Positions 18,616 to 27,548 of a stretch of DNA of 64,000 bases are shown in pieces; positions within the stretch are counted from its first letter, which is position 1; every line of letters begins with the position of its first letter. The notes under the pieces were generated by a model. The model did no database searches and had not been told where the DNA came from. It saw only the letters and a list, made by a program, of their open reading frames with translations. Both the position numbers and the translations under genes were made by a program. This DNA is from Candidatus Poribacteria bacterium (GTDB lineage: Bacteria > Poribacteria > WGA-4E > WGA-3G): assembly GCA_965205015.1 (NCBI GenBank), contig OZ242029.1, positions 2,688,001-2,752,000 of the forward strand, given 5' to 3'.

Positions 18616-19701
18616 ATGGAGAAGCAAAACGAAAAAATGACATTAAACACCCAAATTTCCGAACTGCACCAGCAGGCACTCGTGATAGACTCGCATAACG
18701 ATGCGATTGTGGCACATATCCGTCGAGGGGTAGGGGTTGGGTCACCCAACCCCTGCGACGAAAACACCCAAAATACCACAGATCCCCTTGGTACGATCGC
18801 TTACCTGCGCGGACCTGTGCCGCCTGAAGAGGAAGCTATCGGTATCCAGCTCAACATACCGAAAATGCGGCAGGGAGGTATTGATGCCGCCTTTTTCGCT
18901 GTTGATGTGACACGCGCGTGGAAAAATCATCTCGCCTATGCCTTAGATGCATTCGGTTGGTTCGAGGCAGAAGTGGCAGCAAATGCCAACGATATCTGTA
19001 TCGCACGGAAGGCAAGTGACATCCGAGCAGCGAAAGCCGCTGGCAAACTCGCCGCAGTGCTTGTGATTGAAAATAGCGAAGCTGTCGAACGAAGCCTTAA
19101 TATTCTGCGATCATTGTATACACTTGGTGTTCGCTCAATTGGACTGACCCATAATCTGAATACATGGGCATCGACAGGAAACGATGAAGAGGATATGGGA
19201 GGCGGCTTGACGCGATTCGGTATGGCATTAGTCAAAGAGATGAATCGCCTTGGCATGCTCGTGGATGTTTCCCATATTAGTGAGCGTGGATTTTGGGATG
19301 TGCTGGAAATATCGGAACACCCTGTCATTGCGTCCCATAGCAATTGCAAAACCTTGTGTCGTCATTCGCGGAACCTCAGCAATGAGCAGCTAAAAGCTTT
19401 AGCGGCTAATGGCGGGGTTGTCGGTGTCACTTTTGTTCCAGGGTTTATCACTGCTGACGGGTGGACGAAGATGCCTCCGTTGGCGCAGTTGCTCAATCAT
19501 TTTGCCTACGCAATCGACATCGCTGGCATTGATCATGTCGGCATCGGATCAGATTTCGACGGTGGTGGTGATCTACTCAAGGATGCCGGTGAGTTTATTA
19601 AGATCGCTGAAGGTTTAAACGAGCGTGGTTATTCTGATGAAGATATCCGAAAAGTGCTTGGGGAAAATCACCTACGTGTTTTTGAGGCGGCGTGCGGATA
19701 G
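18616..19701 (+). CDS. Membrane dipeptidase family (peptidase M19)
   Basis: Motifs IDSHND, GLTHN, EMNRLGMLVDVSH, ASHSN, HVGIGSDFDG. Confidence 0.9.
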   Translation: MEKQNEKMTLNTQISELHQQALVIDSHNDAIVAHIRRGVGVGSPNPCDENTQNTTDPLGTIAYLRGPVPPEEEAIGIQLNIPKMRQGGIDAAFFAVDVTRAWKNHLAYALDAFGWFEAEVAANANDICIARKASDIRAAKAAGKLAAVLVIENSEAVERSLNILRSLYTLGVRSIGLTHNLNTWASTGNDEEDMGGGLTRFGMALVKEMNRLGMLVDVSHISERGFWDVLEISEHPVIASHSNCKTLCRHSRNLSNEQLKALAANGGVVGVTFVPGFITADGWTKMPPLAQLLNHFAYAIDIAGIDHVGIGSDFDGGGDLLKDAGEFIKIAEGLNERGYSDEDIRKVLGENHLRVFEAACG

Positions 19702-20709
19702 GTCAAGTGTGTCGGAGATAGACTGCCACACCTCATCTACAGTGATTTTTTTCATACAGATATTATCTTTACATTTATCCGTGAATTGCTTACAGGGGTT
19801 GCATGGCACATCGTGACGAATGGTTTGATGTAACCCACCGAGGGGTTGAAATCGGGTGTGGTTGCCGGGACCGAACAAGGCAACAGTGGGTGTTTCGACC
19901 GCTGCGGCAATGTGCATCGGACCGGTATCGTTTGTGAGAAAGAGATCGCACTTTTCAATACAGGCGGCTAACTCCCGAACCTGAAGGTTTCCAGCAAACG
20001 GAACGGCACGCGTAGCCATCAGTTTCGCGACAGTATGTACGAGGTCCGCCTCCTTTTGTCCCCCGAAAATCAGGACCTCAGCATTGAACTGCCGAACCAG
20101 TCTATCCGCAATAGCTGCGAAGCGATCGGGCATCCATTCTCGTAACTTCCAACCTGCCCCTGGAAAGATGCCCACCTTTAAACCTGTCTGGGGAACACCT
20201 GCAGCATCAAACCGCTGCGAAGCATCTGTGCGCTCAGATTCAGCAAGAAACAGTTCGAGTTTTTGATCCACTGCTGGGATTCCGACTGCATGTAACAGAT
20301 CAAAGTAGTGTGCCGTGGCGTGTTTGTTCCCTTGCTCAAGGACCTGAACGGTACAAAGCGCGCCTTTACCAACACGCGCAGTGGCACCGCTAAAATACAT
20401 CAGCAGCGCAGTACGGAATTTCCGCTGTAGGTCAATAGCCAGCGTAAATTTACGTTCACGTAAGACGCGAACAGTCCGTAACATCTCGCCCGTATCCTTA
20501 CCTTTGGCGGACCGATCAAACGTAATTATCTCATTGAGGTGTGGATTTTCTCGAAGGACATCCGCTGACTGTTTTCCGACAAGCATAGCGATATACGCCT
20601 CTGGGAAATGGGCGCGGACCGCTCGAATAGCGGGCGTTGTAAGCACAATGTCGCCAAGGGAGCTGAGGCGAATGAGCAGAATTCTTTGAGAAACCATCTG
20701 TTCAACCAA
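19672..20709 (-). CDS. Glycosyltransferase family 9 (LPS heptosyltransferase-like)
   Basis: Motifs RLSSLGDIVL, NDTGPMHIAAA, VALFGP, PCNPC. Confidence 0.9.
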   Translation of the reverse strand: MVEQMVSQRILLIRLSSLGDIVLTTPAIRAVRAHFPEAYIAMLVGKQSADVLRENPHLNEIITFDRSAKGKDTGEMLRTVRVLRERKFTLAIDLQRKFRTALLMYFSGATARVGKGALCTVQVLEQGNKHATAHYFDLLHAVGIPAVDQKLELFLAESERTDASQRFDAAGVPQTGLKVGIFPGAGWKLREWMPDRFAAIADRLVRQFNAEVLIFGGQKEADLVHTVAKLMATRAVPFAGNLQVRELAACIEKCDLFLTNDTGPMHIAAAVETPTVALFGPGNHTRFQPLGGLHQTIRHDVPCNPCKQFTDKCKDNICMKKITVDEVWQSISDTLDLSARRLKNT

Positions 20710-21859
20710 CGACCTGTTTTTCGAGATTATTTAGCGCATCTTCAACCAACGTGTCTATATCTAAATTCGATTCTGCGTCCGCTAATTCGGTAAGCGACGC
20801 TCGAGTAGCCGGGTGCTTGGGGACAAAGAGCGAACAACAATCTTGGTGTGGGCGTGTGGATACGTCAAAAGTGCCGATCCGCTGTGCTTTTTCGATAATT
20901 TCAGCCTTATCTTCACCGATAAGTGGACGCAGAATTGGGATATCGGCGATCGCTTCAATCGTTCTAAGGTTTGTTAGGGTTTGGGAAGCGACTTGTGCGA
21001 GGCTTTCGCCAGTGACGAGTGCCTCTGCATTCACCATAGCGGCAATACGCTGGGCAATTCGGGTCATCATTCGCCGATACAGCAGCACTCGGAAGGGTGC
21101 CGGTGTTGCGGCGACGATAAGCTGCTGAAGTTCAGCAAACGGAACGAGATAGACGGTACTGCGATAGTTTGATACGGCTAAAATCTGTGTGAGTTCAATC
21201 ACTTTCTCCAAGGAAGCTTTATCGGTATACGGATAACTGTAGAAGTGAATAAAAACGGCTTTCGCGCCACGTTTTATCATTTGCCACGCCGCAACAGGGG
21301 AATCAATTCCGCCAGACAACATAACGAGCACTTTACCACTCACACCGACTGGCAGCCCCCCAATCCCTGGAATCTTCTCGGTGGAGATATACGCTGCATT
21401 ATGTGTTATTTTCACCCAGCATACTAAGTCGGGATTATGCATATCGGCTCTCGTGCTTGTTTCTTTGACGAGATAGCCCCCAACCTCTGCACTCACCTGC
21501 GGAGAGGTTAATGGAAAGGTTTTATCTGTCCGACGTGTCTCGACTTTAAGGGATTCGTAGGAAGTATTTTGGATGTGCCGTAGAGCAGTCTCTTTAATTG
21601 CGGTGATGTCTCTTTCGGTACGTGAAGAGAGTTCAAAATGAGCAATACCCATGACCTGCCGCAGACGTTTCTTAACTTCCGCGATGTCAGCATTCTGCCC
21701 GAGATGCACGAGAATTCTATCGTGAAGTCGTTCTACTTCTGCGTATCCTGTACCGCGTAGCGCGAGTTTGATGTTATTCACAAGCCGTTTCTCAAAAAAC
21801 ACCCTGTTTTTGCCTTTGAGTCCAACTTCGGCGTAATGAATAGTAAATAATTCTTCCAT
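20702..21859 (-). CDS. thiI: tRNA 4-thiouridine synthase ThiI
   Basis: Motifs EVGLKGKNR, THUMP domain, SGGIDSPVA, TGESLAQVASQT, DCC. Confidence 0.93.
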   Translation of the reverse strand: MEELFTIHYAEVGLKGKNRVFFEKRLVNNIKLALRGTGYAEVERLHDRILVHLGQNADIAEVKKRLRQVMGIAHFELSSRTERDITAIKETALRHIQNTSYESLKVETRRTDKTFPLTSPQVSAEVGGYLVKETSTRADMHNPDLVCWVKITHNAAYISTEKIPGIGGLPVGVSGKVLVMLSGGIDSPVAAWQMIKRGAKAVFIHFYSYPYTDKASLEKVIELTQILAVSNYRSTVYLVPFAELQQLIVAATPAPFRVLLYRRMMTRIAQRIAAMVNAEALVTGESLAQVASQTLTNLRTIEAIADIPILRPLIGEDKAEIIEKAQRIGTFDVSTRPHQDCCSLFVPKHPATRASLTELADAESNLDIDTLVEDALNNLEKQVVG

Positions 21860-22014
21860 CTTTTTAATTTATGGCCTCCTGGGCTGCGCTCCGCTCCGCT
21901 TACGCGCAGGTTCTTTGTCTCGTCCAAAACGCGTAGCTCGTAATGAAATAGAGAGCGGATTTCAGAACGGGACGTTAGCGCACAAACCCACGTCACTTAA
22001 CCGCAAGGAATAAT

Positions 22015-22130
22015 TATAGTAAGTCCCACAATTACGTGGACACTGGGGCGAGGTTAAAAACCTCGCCAGCGGGATGCAGGATGGTGCTGCTGCTCCCTGA
22101 GGTGTTAACTTATTTTTCGACTTTACTATA
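22015..22130. mobile_element. MITE-like repeat (TATAGTAA...TTACTATA ends, internal GGCGAGG/CCTCGCC hairpin)
   Basis: A second copy lies at 49424..49542; the internal hairpin also occurs near 10112-10139. Confidence 0.6.
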
Positions 22131-22862
22131 AAAAGTCCGAACAGCATCCGTCAAACGAAAGTGAAGTTTGGCAACGTCCTCCAACGTAGCACTTCCATGC
22201 CGTGCGACTAATTCTTTACCCGCTTCTACGACTTGATACGCACCTCTCGGCAAACGCATCTCATATTTTTCCGACAGGATTTCCATGGCATTCAGAAAAG
22301 CATCTCGAGCGATGATAGAGGCGGCAGCAACGGCAATATCCCGTTCTGCTTTTGGGACCTGTATTATCTCTATCCCTAAGTGGATACCACGGGCAATTCC
22401 GCCTTGAAATGGAACAGGGGCATCTTGTTGCAAACGTGGTTTTCCCCTCATGCGTTGGCTGAGTTCTTGTGTGATGAGATCGTCCTTAGAAAATCTGTCA
22501 ACCAGCGTGTGTTTCGCGCCGACCCGAGCCGCTAAAGTATGAATGGCTTCTGCATGAAGTGATGCCAAAAGGTGGTTTAAGTTTTGTCCTCGCCTACGGA
22601 AATCGTTATAAAGGGAATTATACGCCTTCGGCATTCTTTCCACGACGACAATATGTCGTTCATAGTGCTGGTGCATCAATTCAGCAAGGTTCCGAATACG
22701 ACGATTTGAGAGTGTTTTCCCATCGGCGACCCCCAAATCCGAGAGCGTTTCTCGACAGTCTGCATCCACGTAGACGGCTGCGACGACGAGCGGACCGAAA
22801 TAATCACCCTTTCCTGCTTCATCTGTGCCGATCCATGCGTCCCAATTGTGTATTGTGTTCAT
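22110..22862 (-). CDS. rnhC: Ribonuclease HIII
   Basis: Motifs IGTDEAGKGDYFGPLVVAA, VDRF, KAE, VAAASIIAR, AKLHF; lacks the long N-terminal TBP-like domain. Confidence 0.8.
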   Translation of the reverse strand: MNTIHNWDAWIGTDEAGKGDYFGPLVVAAVYVDADCRETLSDLGVADGKTLSNRRIRNLAELMHQHYERHIVVVERMPKAYNSLYNDFRRRGQNLNHLLASLHAEAIHTLAARVGAKHTLVDRFSKDDLITQELSQRMRGKPRLQQDAPVPFQGGIARGIHLGIEIIQVPKAERDIAVAAASIIARDAFLNAMEILSEKYEMRLPRGAYQVVEAGKELVARHGSATLEDVAKLHFRLTDAVRTFYSKVEK

Positions 22863-22911
22863 GGCATCTACTGCGATTTGTGTGTCTCGTATTTCTGTAT
22901 TGTTTCTGTTC

Positions 22912-23481
22912 TTATGCTGAATCCCGAAGTGTGGCGAATTCGGTAACCTGTTTGCCCACGGCTTTGACGCGTCCCGTCAATTCAGCATCGTATAAATTAC
23001 CGTCCGCATCAAACGCCTCAGATGAGTTTGGGATTGATACGTCGTTTGGTACAACCCATGCGTGAAGAGCAGTGCCTACCGTCCGTAACATAGAAAGCGC
23101 GTTCACCGCGCCCATTCGTCCCCCGGATACACCGATGAGTCCGATCACCTTATTCTCAAATTCATCGAATCCCATCAGATCGAGTGCGCTTTTAAGGACA
23201 CCACTAAAACTTCCGTGGTATTCGGGCGATCCGAGAAGTATACCGTGTGCGCGTTTCACCTTTTCCCGTAACTTGAAAACCCCAGGCGGATAGTCGCTTT
23301 CGCTGGCGACAGAACCTTGGAAAACGAGGTCATATTCACCGAGTTCAAGCAACTCGACCTCGGCACCGGCGTCTTTAGCAGCAGAGAGCGCAATCTGGAG
23401 CGCAGCATGTGTTGAACTCCCCTGTCGCAAACTCCCACAGATGGCAACAACATAGATGGATCGATCATCGGTACTCTTCAT
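22912..23481 (-). CDS. NADPH-dependent FMN reductase
   Basis: Motifs ICGSLRQGS, SPEYHGSFSGVLKSALD, GVSGG. Confidence 0.9.
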   Translation of the reverse strand: MKSTDDRSIYVVAICGSLRQGSSTHAALQIALSAAKDAGAEVELLELGEYDLVFQGSVASESDYPPGVFKLREKVKRAHGILLGSPEYHGSFSGVLKSALDLMGFDEFENKVIGLIGVSGGRMGAVNALSMLRTVGTALHAWVVPNDVSIPNSSEAFDADGNLYDAELTGRVKAVGKQVTEFATLRDSA

Positions 23482-23685
23482 TTTGGCATCCTTTTCAGAA
23501 AAAATAAGATGGGGCAATCGTCGTCAATGCAGCTTCTAAAACATATTGAAGAAACACCCAAGCAAATAAACCTTGTGGGACTAAAGTGTTCTTTTCCTAC
23601 ACACCCTTAGCATATCACAGAAATTAGGGTATGTCAAAGGATTTTTATCTGTTTCCAGTAGAAAACGCGCAAATGCAAATTTTCC

Positions 23686-23788
23686 TTGACATATTTGGGT
23701 GCTTTCCTATATCATATTCCTATGCGTTAAAACGCGGGTCTCTTTTTAAGATTCGCACAGTGCGTTAATTTTGTTTTAGACATGAGGG
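23686..23788 (+). promoter_or_regulatory. Sigma70 promoter (TTGACA-17-TATCAT) and leader, duplicated upstream of the next paralogue (~25118-25220)
   Basis: TTGACA tatttgggtgctttcct ATATCA/TATCAT region; near-identical block GTTAAAACGCGGGTC...AGACATGAGG in both copies. Confidence 0.65.
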
Positions 23789-24204
23789 GTCGTTCCTAAA
23801 TAGTTGTTTTTCTTGCTTTTTCTATGTTTCGCGGTAAATGTAGGCATTTTGAGGGGTTCAAGTCCCCTCTCCCGCATCCCAGTAGCATCGTGCGATACCC
23901 AAGCACACCCGACGAAAACCACGTCGGTTCTACTGTGAGGGGTTCATACACGAGTGAGACGAACCCTGACACTGTGAGGACACTCGGAAGTAAAATAAGG
24001 CGTTAGCATTTCGGTGTTAACTTTGTGGGTTACACCATACCTCGCGCAACCTTGAGGTATGCAAGCCGCGTATCGCTTCTGACGACGTATCAGACGACAC
24101 TGGTGATATTCAGGCTTAGAGGCTGTCGAGTCTCGTCATAAGGGGGTAGGATCCCCGTAGAAATCTGTGGGTTTAAATAGAAATACATAGATTTTTACTA
24201 ACAG
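23789..24204 (+). ncRNA. ~416-nt structured non-coding element (copy E2) between SD and start codon
   Basis: Homologue of 2174..2574; absent from the duplicated leader of 25229..26023. Confidence 0.8.
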
Positions 24205-24212
24205 ATATATTC

Positions 24213-25004
24213 ATGCGTTTAATGTTGTATTTATTTGCCGTTTCACTCTTAATGGTAGGCAGTGCGCTTACCACACACGCTGTGGTCCAAGACGACGGCT
24301 TAATCCTTTATTTCAGTTTCGATGACGCAAAAAACGGAACAATTATGGATGAAACCGGTGGCGGAAATGATGGTGTCGTTGATGGCGCAGAGATTGCTAC
24401 CGACGAAGTCGTCTACGGCAAGGGATCCTTGTTATGTGATGACGGTAATGACAGTGTGTCGGTTGATACTTTTAAAGAATTAGAGGAATATACAGACAAT
24501 TCCTATCTTTTCTGGCTCAATTTCACCGACGTGAATTCCGGGGCGTGGAATCAAATCATAGCAAAAAAAGCACCCGGTTCTGACCGTTCTCCGGGGATAT
24601 GGACTTGTAACCGCGCCAGTTTGCATATCCACTATCGGTTCAATCCGGGTAACCAAGGCACACTCTGTGCGGGTCCCGAGGGAGAAGATGACGAATTTGC
24701 AGTCGGGGACTGGCATCACATTGCAGGTGTCAAAGAGGGTGACCAGTTGAAGTTCTATGTTGATGGAGAAGTCGTTGTGGAGCAGAGTGTTCCGGCGAGT
24801 CACGCGCAAGGTGCGGAGAAACTCTATATCGGTAAAACGGGTTATAACGCTGCGCTCTTCTACATTGATGACCTCTATGTCTATGACAGAGCACTCAGTG
24901 CCGATGAAGTAGAAAATATCATGGAGGGGGGGCTTCTCACGCCTGTGGAACCTCAGGACAAACTCGCCACGACGTGGGGACACCTGAAAACACGCCGTGA
25001 TTAA
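24213..25004 (+). CDS. Secreted LamG-like domain protein (paralogue B1; RBS interrupted by the element)
   Basis: Signal peptide; motifs LILYFSFD, WHHIAGV, IDDLYVYDRALS; C-terminal VEPQDKLATTWGHLK. Confidence 0.87.
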   Translation: MRLMLYLFAVSLLMVGSALTTHAVVQDDGLILYFSFDDAKNGTIMDETGGGNDGVVDGAEIATDEVVYGKGSLLCDDGNDSVSVDTFKELEEYTDNSYLFWLNFTDVNSGAWNQIIAKKAPGSDRSPGIWTCNRASLHIHYRFNPGNQGTLCAGPEGEDDEFAVGDWHHIAGVKEGDQLKFYVDGEVVVEQSVPASHAQGAEKLYIGKTGYNAALFYIDDLYVYDRALSADEVENIMEGGLLTPVEPQDKLATTWGHLKTRRD

Positions 25005-25228
25005 TTTCGTTCTTCCCTGAAACAACTTGTAGGGACGGCTTCTATGTCGTCCCACATCTATTTCCCCATTTGTGTCTGCCTATTTCTCGAATACACACCC
25101 CACCGCACATATTTTCCTTGACATCTTTAAGTTTTTTCGTGTATCATATTCTCACGAGTTAAAACGCGGGTCCTTTTTAAAGACTCACACAGTATGTTAA
25201 CTTTGTTTCAGACATGAGGAGGTTACTC

Positions 25229-26023
25229 ATGCGTTCAGTTATGTATGTACTCGCCGTTGCCCTATTAGTCATAGGCAGCGCACTCTCCACAGATGCCGCA
25301 AAGGTCGAAGATAAGGGGTTAATCCTTTACTTCAGTTTCGATGAAGCAAAAGGCGGAAATCTTGAAGATGGAACCGGTGGCGGAAATAACGGTGAAATCG
25401 TTGATGGGGCGAAGATTGTCAAGGATGAAGTTGTCCATGGCAAAGGTTCAATGTTATTTGCCAAGCCGGGGGACAGTGTGCAGGTCGATTCCTTCAAAGA
25501 ATTAGAAGATTATACGGACAACTCCTATCTCTTCTGGCTCAACTTTACGGATCCAAACTCCGGTGGCTGGGATCAGATTATTGCAAAAAAAGCTCCCGGC
25601 TCTGACCGTTCACCCGGTATATGGACCTGTAACCGTGTACCTCTGTATATCCACTACCGGTTTAATCCCGGTAACGCCGGCACGCATTGTGCAGGTCCCG
25701 ATGGAGAAAACGACACATTTGATGAGAATAAGTGGTATCACATTGCAGGGGTCAAAGAGGATGCCCAGTTGATGTTCTATGTCGATGGAAAAGAGGTTGT
25801 GAAGATAGCCGTTCCGAAGGATCACGCACAAGGTGCGGAGAAACTTTACATCGGTAAAACGGGTTATAACGCTGCGAAGTTTTACATTGACGATCTCTAC
25901 GTTTACGACAGAGCCCTGAGTGCGAAAGAGGTTGTAAACGTTATGGAGGGTGGACTACTTCCTGTTGAACCTCAAGACAAGCTCGCCTCTACGTGGGGAC
26001 AACTGAAAAGAAATCGTGACTAA
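25229..26023 (+). CDS. Secreted LamG-like domain protein (paralogue B2; intact RBS GAGGAGGTTACTCATG)
   Basis: Tandem paralogue of 24213..25004; C-terminal VEPQDKLASTWGQLK. Confidence 0.87.
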   Translation: MRSVMYVLAVALLVIGSALSTDAAKVEDKGLILYFSFDEAKGGNLEDGTGGGNNGEIVDGAKIVKDEVVHGKGSMLFAKPGDSVQVDSFKELEDYTDNSYLFWLNFTDPNSGGWDQIIAKKAPGSDRSPGIWTCNRVPLYIHYRFNPGNAGTHCAGPDGENDTFDENKWYHIAGVKEDAQLMFYVDGKEVVKIAVPKDHAQGAEKLYIGKTGYNAAKFYIDDLYVYDRALSAKEVVNVMEGGLLPVEPQDKLASTWGQLKRNRD

Positions 26024-26056
26024 TTTCACACCCTGAAAAATGTAGGGACGGTGCCC

Positions 26057-26158
26057 TGAAGATTAAGAATTTAATTCGGTAATATGTGGGCAGGCACAAG
26101 ACCTGCCCTACAATGTCTTTTTTGGGATAGGATTACCGAAATATTTATTTAAACTTCA
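26057..26158. mobile_element. MITE-like insertion carrying a REP-like palindrome
   Basis: Imperfect TIRs TGAAG...TTCGGTAAT / ATTACCGAA...CTTCA. It interrupts a hairpin that is uninterrupted downstream of paralogue B1 (~25029-25060). Confidence 0.55.
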
Positions 26159-26192
26159 TTATGCTGTCCCACACCTACTCTCTCATCGGCGT

Positions 26193-27548
26193 ATGTTTAC
26201 GCATCAATGCCGTCTATTTCCCACAGTGAAAACTTTAATCCCCTTTTTTCTTCTGCTCATTTCGCTTGCATCGATACAAGGATGGTGCGATACTGAACAA
26301 GCACTCAACGGCAGGCTTGAACGCGGTGTACGCTACCTTGACAGCGAACGGTACGATCTGGCACTCGCCGAATTTCAAAGCATCCGAGAGGAATTTACGA
26401 CATCAGAGAATGTTCGGAGTTTCGCCGAATGTTATATCGGTATTGTCTATCAGGAGCTTAACAGTTTCAGCGAGGCCGTATTGGCATATCAGAGGGCTTT
26501 GGCACTGAAAGCCCCGCCGGATGTGCAGGGAACCGCGCACCTTCATTTAGGCATTGTCTACAAGACCCAAGGCGAATTGACGCTTGCTGAAAACCATCTC
26601 AGACAAGCACTCGCCCTGCTTCCTGAAATCGCAGAAGTCCACATCCACCTTGGGGATGTGTATGTACTTCAACACCGCTTGAACGCGGCTGAAACAGCTT
26701 ATCGTGCGGGTATCCGCTTAAATCCTGACCATACCGAGTCCTATTATGGATTGGGCAGGGTGTCAGAACTGCAGGATCGTCTGCAACAGGCAATGGAATA
26801 CTACGATGCCGCGCTTATTCGAAATCAATATCTACCACAGGCGCATTATCGGCGTGCCCTCACTTATCGGCGGCTTGGAGACAGTGAGCAAGCCGCGGCG
26901 GCTATGACACAGTTTCGACACTTGAAAACTTACGAGGACACGCTACATGAGTATCGGGAGGCACTCTATCTAAATCCGAATCTACCGGTGCTATACATCA
27001 AATTAGGGGAGCTTCACGAAGCATATAGCAATTTAACAGCAGCCGTTCGGGTTTATGAAACTGCTATACAGGTGCATCCATCTTACTTACCAGCGTATAC
27101 GCATCTCGGCGAAGTCTTCATCAAACAACGAGCCTTTGAAAAAGCGGCATTGGTGTATCGGAAATCTACAGAAATCGCATCAGACGACCCACAGACATGG
27201 TTGAAGTTGGGGGTCATCTATATCAACCAACAGCAGTTTGAACCGGCGATTGCAGCGTTTAAGCGTGCAATCGTTGTAGATAGCACAGCAGCGGCAGCCT
27301 ATAACAACTTGGCGCGCCTTTATGCTGGACTCGGTAAAGAGATGCAACGGGCGATTGACTTAGCGAAACATGCTGTCTCTTTGGAACCAAGTGCGAGACA
27401 CTACGATACGCTTGCATACACCTACTACCGCAACACACAATATGCGGAAGCTTCGGAAGCGATTCATCGTGCCCTCGCGCTGGCACCAGATGTAGACGCC
27501 TACAACAAACTCCTCTTAAAAATTCAAGCGGCGCAGAAGGAGAAATAA
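26193..27548 (+). CDS. Secreted tetratricopeptide-repeat protein
   Basis: Repeated AHxxLG/YxxAL TPR units; signal-peptide-like N-terminus. Confidence 0.88.
   Translation: MFTHQCRLFPTVKTLIPFFLLLISLASIQGWCDTEQALNGRLERGVRYLDSERYDLALAEFQSIREEFTTSENVRSFAECYIGIVYQELNSFSEAVLAYQRALALKAPPDVQGTAHLHLGIVYKTQGELTLAENHLRQALALLPEIAEVHIHLGDVYVLQHRLNAAETAYRAGIRLNPDHTESYYGLGRVSELQDRLQQAMEYYDAALIRNQYLPQAHYRRALTYRRLGDSEQAAAAMTQFRHLKTYEDTLHEYREALYLNPNLPVLYIKLGELHEAYSNLTAAVRVYETAIQVHPSYLPAYTHLGEVFIKQRAFEKAALVYRKSTEIASDDPQTWLKLGVIYINQQQFEPAIAAFKRAIVVDSTAAAAYNNLARLYAGLGKEMQRAIDLAKHAVSLEPSARHYDTLAYTYYRNTQYAEASEAIHRALALAPDVDAYNKLLLKIQAAQKEK

Noticed and set aside
23789-24204. Canonical group I, group II or spliceosomal intron
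   Set aside because: By eye I find no group I P7 core or U-G splice-site pair, and no GUGYG start or canonical domain V (the AAGCC/GGCTT stem is only loosely similar). Bacteria lack a spliceosome, and TACTAAC is absent from E1. A covariance-model search is needed to exclude these formally.
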